The notes under the pieces: model-generated
What the model saw: only the letters and a program-made list of their open reading frames with translations
Databases searched by the model: none
Told to the model about the DNA's origin: nothing
Translations under genes and position numbers: made by a program
Shown here: positions 15,001 to 16,865 of the stretch, piece after piece
Position numbering within the stretch: position 1 is the first letter of the stretch
How the letters are laid out: each line of letters opens with the position of its first letter
Assembly: GCA_038217285.1 (NCBI GenBank)
Contig: JBBQPO010000125.1
Span: forward strand, 1 to 16,865
Length of the DNA stretch: 16,865 nucleotides
Origin: Chthonomonadales bacterium
GTDB lineage: Bacteria > Armatimonadota > Chthonomonadetes > Chthonomonadales > Chthonomonadaceae
Reading direction: 5' to 3'

Positions 15001-16063
15001 CTGGCTTCGCGTTGCCGGAATGAAAGTGGGCCGCGACTGCGAGATCAGCACTATCATAGACGTCATTCCTGAACTTGTGGAGATCGGGGACGAAACGTTT
15101 TTGGCTGATGGGATCTACCTTGGCGGCCCGAGAGTGCATCGGGGCACTGTATCTCTTGCACGGGTCAAACTGAATCGCAACACATTTCTTGGCAATCATG
15201 TCGTTATCTCCGGCGGACAGAGGCTCCCGGAAGACATCCTCCTCGGTGTCTGCACGGTTTCCGACGACCAAATAATGCGGCCCGGAACGTCATGGTTCGG
15301 ACATCCGCCGTTCGAACTGCCCCGACGAGAGATCGTCGAGTGCGAACGGCGACTGACGCATGACCCAACACCGTTACGATATATGACCCGTGTGTTCTGG
15401 GAATGCCTTCGATTCACGCTCCCGATCTTGCCTTCCGCGATCCTGATCGGCTGGTTTGAGGGAATAGCTCGCCTTCAGGCTTTCCTGCCAGGTCACGTGC
15501 TGTTTGCCATGACGCTACCGCTCTTTTCTCTGGCTTGCGCCGGCATACCGTGTGTTGTTATTCTGCTCTTGAAGTGGAGCCTTCTTGGGCGGGTCCGGCC
15601 GGGTAACCATCCTCTGTGGTCCTGCTGGTGCAGTCGATGGGACTTCCTATACGTCGCGTGGGGATTCTATGCGCGTCGCGCGCTCACCTCACTGGAGGGT
15701 ACAGAAATGCTCATCTGGTATCTTCGCGCAATGGGAATGAAGCTTGGGAAGGGGGTCGTCCTCGGAGGCGGATTCACCCAAGTCGTTGACCCGGACATGA
15801 TCGAGATTGAAGATGGGGCAACGGTCTCCGCCATGTTCCAGGCGCATACATTCGAGGATAGAGTTCTCAAGATAGATCGTATCCATATCGGGCGGCAATC
15901 TACGCTGGCAACCGGGTCAGTTCCATTTTACGGCGCGGTCGTTGGCGCGCAAACATACGTTGCTCCACACAGTGTGGTCATGAAGCACGAACGTTTGCTG
16001 CCGGGAATGCACTACGAAGGGGCGCCGACGAAGCCACAGGGATCGCGTGAAATCCAACACTGA
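12044..16063 (+). CDS. Pls/PosA-family single-module membrane NRPS (A-T plus three TM-pair/LbH-like terminal domains; epsilon-poly-L-lysine synthetase-like), 1339 aa
   Basis: A-domain motifs YLIYTSGTTGRPKG, NGYGPTE, GELCLGG.GLA.GY, YRTGD, QVKLRGYRIEL and GGKL. PCP DDFFKDLGGSSL. Then three repeats of a hydrophobic helix pair plus hexapeptide-like domain (LGAKIG.., GMKVG.., MGMKLG..), ending in QAHTFEDRVLK. No canonical C or TE domain. The GTG start overlaps the SET gene; the exact start is uncertain. Confidence 0.92.
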   Translation: MRRVLTTQCGYSSRSEPSLLHHFFEQIALEKPLSTAVDVPPGSTRPARRTVTYADLKLQSDGLAWRIRPAISAGSVAAVLLPRDSECLYIAQLAILKAGAAHLCIDPSFPDDQIRDILADSGAVVLLTDAMGNARAGERHYNVGQIIDVMDDIWLQHDGAAPPPEPEWLCPESPAYLIYTSGTTGRPKGVVISHSSIVSLVRSDIQEFALSPDSRVAQGSSAAYDSSVEETWLALAAGATLVVMDDEAARSGPDLIEWLRRERVSVLCPPPTLLRATGCADPEKELPDLKLLYVGGEALPRDVADRWAMGRRLVNGYGPTECTVTALRADVLPSEPITIGWPVSGMQAWVLDDSLNLVPDGEPGELCLGGVGLALGYHNRPELNTAKFPLHSGFGRIYRTGDLVHRQADGAFVYHGRIDSQVKLRGYRIELEAIETCLSECEGVREAACRLQGEGVQQTLAAFIVPEDDRRPPRFDDLMESLSRSLPSYMVPGLFGTLADLPKSIGGKLKRNDLPHIDVAVRKSGRTLLRPRNTVESNLAGSFCSVLAIPGDISVDDDFFKDLGGSSLQAAQLISRLREDTSTASITVRDLYEARTVARLALRTTIAVEVEQLPELPQGRSAVSSVSPTLVQILWLWIELLVATGIAYVTAYRCFPWLLDHLSPAAIVLLALPMMILGLMLYCPISILAAVAIKRILIGRYQPQRVPVWSNFYIRNWIVQQVVRIVPWNVLAGTEFQIIALRALGAKIGHHVHIHRGVNLLMGGWDLLDIGDEVSIGQDATVRMVEFDDGQIVVGSVSIGDGVTLEVRSGVGPNTHIEPGAYLTALSSLPSGSRIPCGERWDGIPAQPAGPAPSVPQIPNRQIDLSPLAFGTALITAQCVLWTVLALPPEMLLVAAALRTRLKSASISDVLLHPGHAVLGLLLLIALLCVSLPVALVFEALVARGMGSVPEGVISRWSLAYIRIWLKAELVDYAGFWLSGAMFWPTWLRVAGMKVGRDCEISTIIDVIPELVEIGDETFLADGIYLGGPRVHRGTVSLARVKLNRNTFLGNHVVISGGQRLPEDILLGVCTVSDDQIMRPGTSWFGHPPFELPRREIVECERRLTHDPTPLRYMTRVFWECLRFTLPILPSAILIGWFEGIARLQAFLPGHVLFAMTLPLFSLACAGIPCVVILLLKWSLLGRVRPGNHPLWSCWCSRWDFLYVAWGFYARRALTSLEGTEMLIWYLRAMGMKLGKGVVLGGGFTQVVDPDMIEIEDGATVSAMFQAHTFEDRVLKIDRIHIGRQSTLATGSVPFYGAVVGAQTYVAPHSVVMKHERLLPGMHYEGAPTKPQGSREIQH

Positions 16064-16106
16064 ACCTTTGCATCGCATCGAGGTCAACCATCCCGTAGAC
16101 CGGATC

Positions 16107-16865
16107 ATGCACGAACAGGTCCAGTCGGCTACCACCGCGGAAATTCCCGTGGAATCGCGAGTCGTTGCACTTGATATTGCCCGAGGGGTCGCAGTACTGG
16201 GAATGATCTACCTGCACTTCGTTCCCATGGAGGGATCGCGAACGGCCTTCGAGCGGTCGTGCGCGGGAATCGCGCATTTGCTTGAGGGCAAGCCTGCAGC
16301 GCTGTTCTGCATCCTGGCAGGTATGTCCTGGGCGATCCAGGCGGACCGCGCCTCAAGATCTAGCTGGTATACCGGATACGTTGTACGTCGAGCATCCTTG
16401 CTGGCTGTAGCCGGAGCCTTGTTTCACTTTCTCGAGTGGCCAACGGACATACTCCTGCCAATTGCAATCATGATGCTACTGTCACTGGCGCTGCGGAGGG
16501 CCGGTGATAAGGTCGTCCTGCTCACGTTGATACTGCTTTTGGCCGTAGCGCCGCTGATCCCTCTTCTTGCTTCCAGATACATCGCTTTAGACTGGAATGC
16601 CGACGGAAGCCATGCCGCAGACCATACAGTAGGCTGGGCGACCGCGCGGTTCCTCCTTTTCGACGGGAACTATCCCGTTGTCCCATGGATGACCTATCCC
16701 TTGATCGGAAGGCTTCTGGCACGGAGTTATACGACATCGGCTAACCGCATAAGTTCGTGGTTCTGGATTGCGGCTCCAGTAGCCGCCGCCATGCAGTTCT
16801 ACGTCGGGTGGGCAGAGGCGCACGCAACCATTCTTGGGGCAAGCGCAGCCTACCTTAGCAGCACT
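16107..16865 (+). CDS. 3'-truncated DUF418/YeiB / HGSNAT-like polytopic membrane protein (putative transmembrane acyltransferase)
   Basis: Absent from the ORF track because there is no stop in the window. Manual translation gives MHEQ...SRVVALDIARGVAVLGMIYLHF...EGKPAALFCILAGMS...RRASLLAVAG...WPTDIL...GNYPVVPWMTYPLIG, containing the R..LD.ARG.A..GM motif and several TM helices. An in-frame GTG at 16047, overlapping the NRPS end, is an alternative start. Confidence 0.8.
   Translation, partial: MHEQVQSATTAEIPVESRVVALDIARGVAVLGMIYLHFVPMEGSRTAFERSCAGIAHLLEGKPAALFCILAGMSWAIQADRASRSSWYTGYVVRRASLLAVAGALFHFLEWPTDILLPIAIMMLLSLALRRAGDKVVLLTLILLLAVAPLIPLLASRYIALDWNADGSHAADHTVGWATARFLLFDGNYPVVPWMTYPLIGRLLARSYTTSANRISSWFWIAAPVAAAMQFYVGWAEAHATILGASAAYLSST

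Noticed and set aside
1-16865. CRISPR arrays, tRNA/rRNA genes, riboswitches or long repeats
   Set aside because: No regularly spaced repeats or recognisable structured RNA seen by eye, and the intergenic regions are short. An Infernal/Rfam scan would be needed to exclude small RNAs.

Overview
GC-rich bacterial DNA; gene content is reminiscent of soil Armatimonadota/Planctomycetota-type genomes, but that is inference only. There are two modules. (1) 1-10854 is a glycan-utilisation cluster: the 3' part of a GH129/GH101-related hydrolase (+); a minus-strand operon of LacI regulator, secreted beta-helix protein, PhyH-type Fe(II)/2OG dioxygenase and GH36-type alpha-galactosidase; and, divergently, a secreted GH38-like hydrolase followed by a Gfo/Idh/MocA oxidoreductase. 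The divergent intergenic region has an extended -10 promoter and LacI-type operators. (2) After a probable truncated IS remnant (about 11041-11407) lies a tightly packed + strand operon: a SET/post-SET methyltransferase, a Pls/PosA-family (epsilon-poly-L-lysine synthetase-like) membrane NRPS, and a DUF418/HGSNAT-like membrane protein that runs off the window end and is absent from the supplied ORF track. This second operon is the best candidate for an undescribed system, possibly making a methylated and/or acylated poly(amino acid). All family calls come from motif recognition by eye, not database searches.
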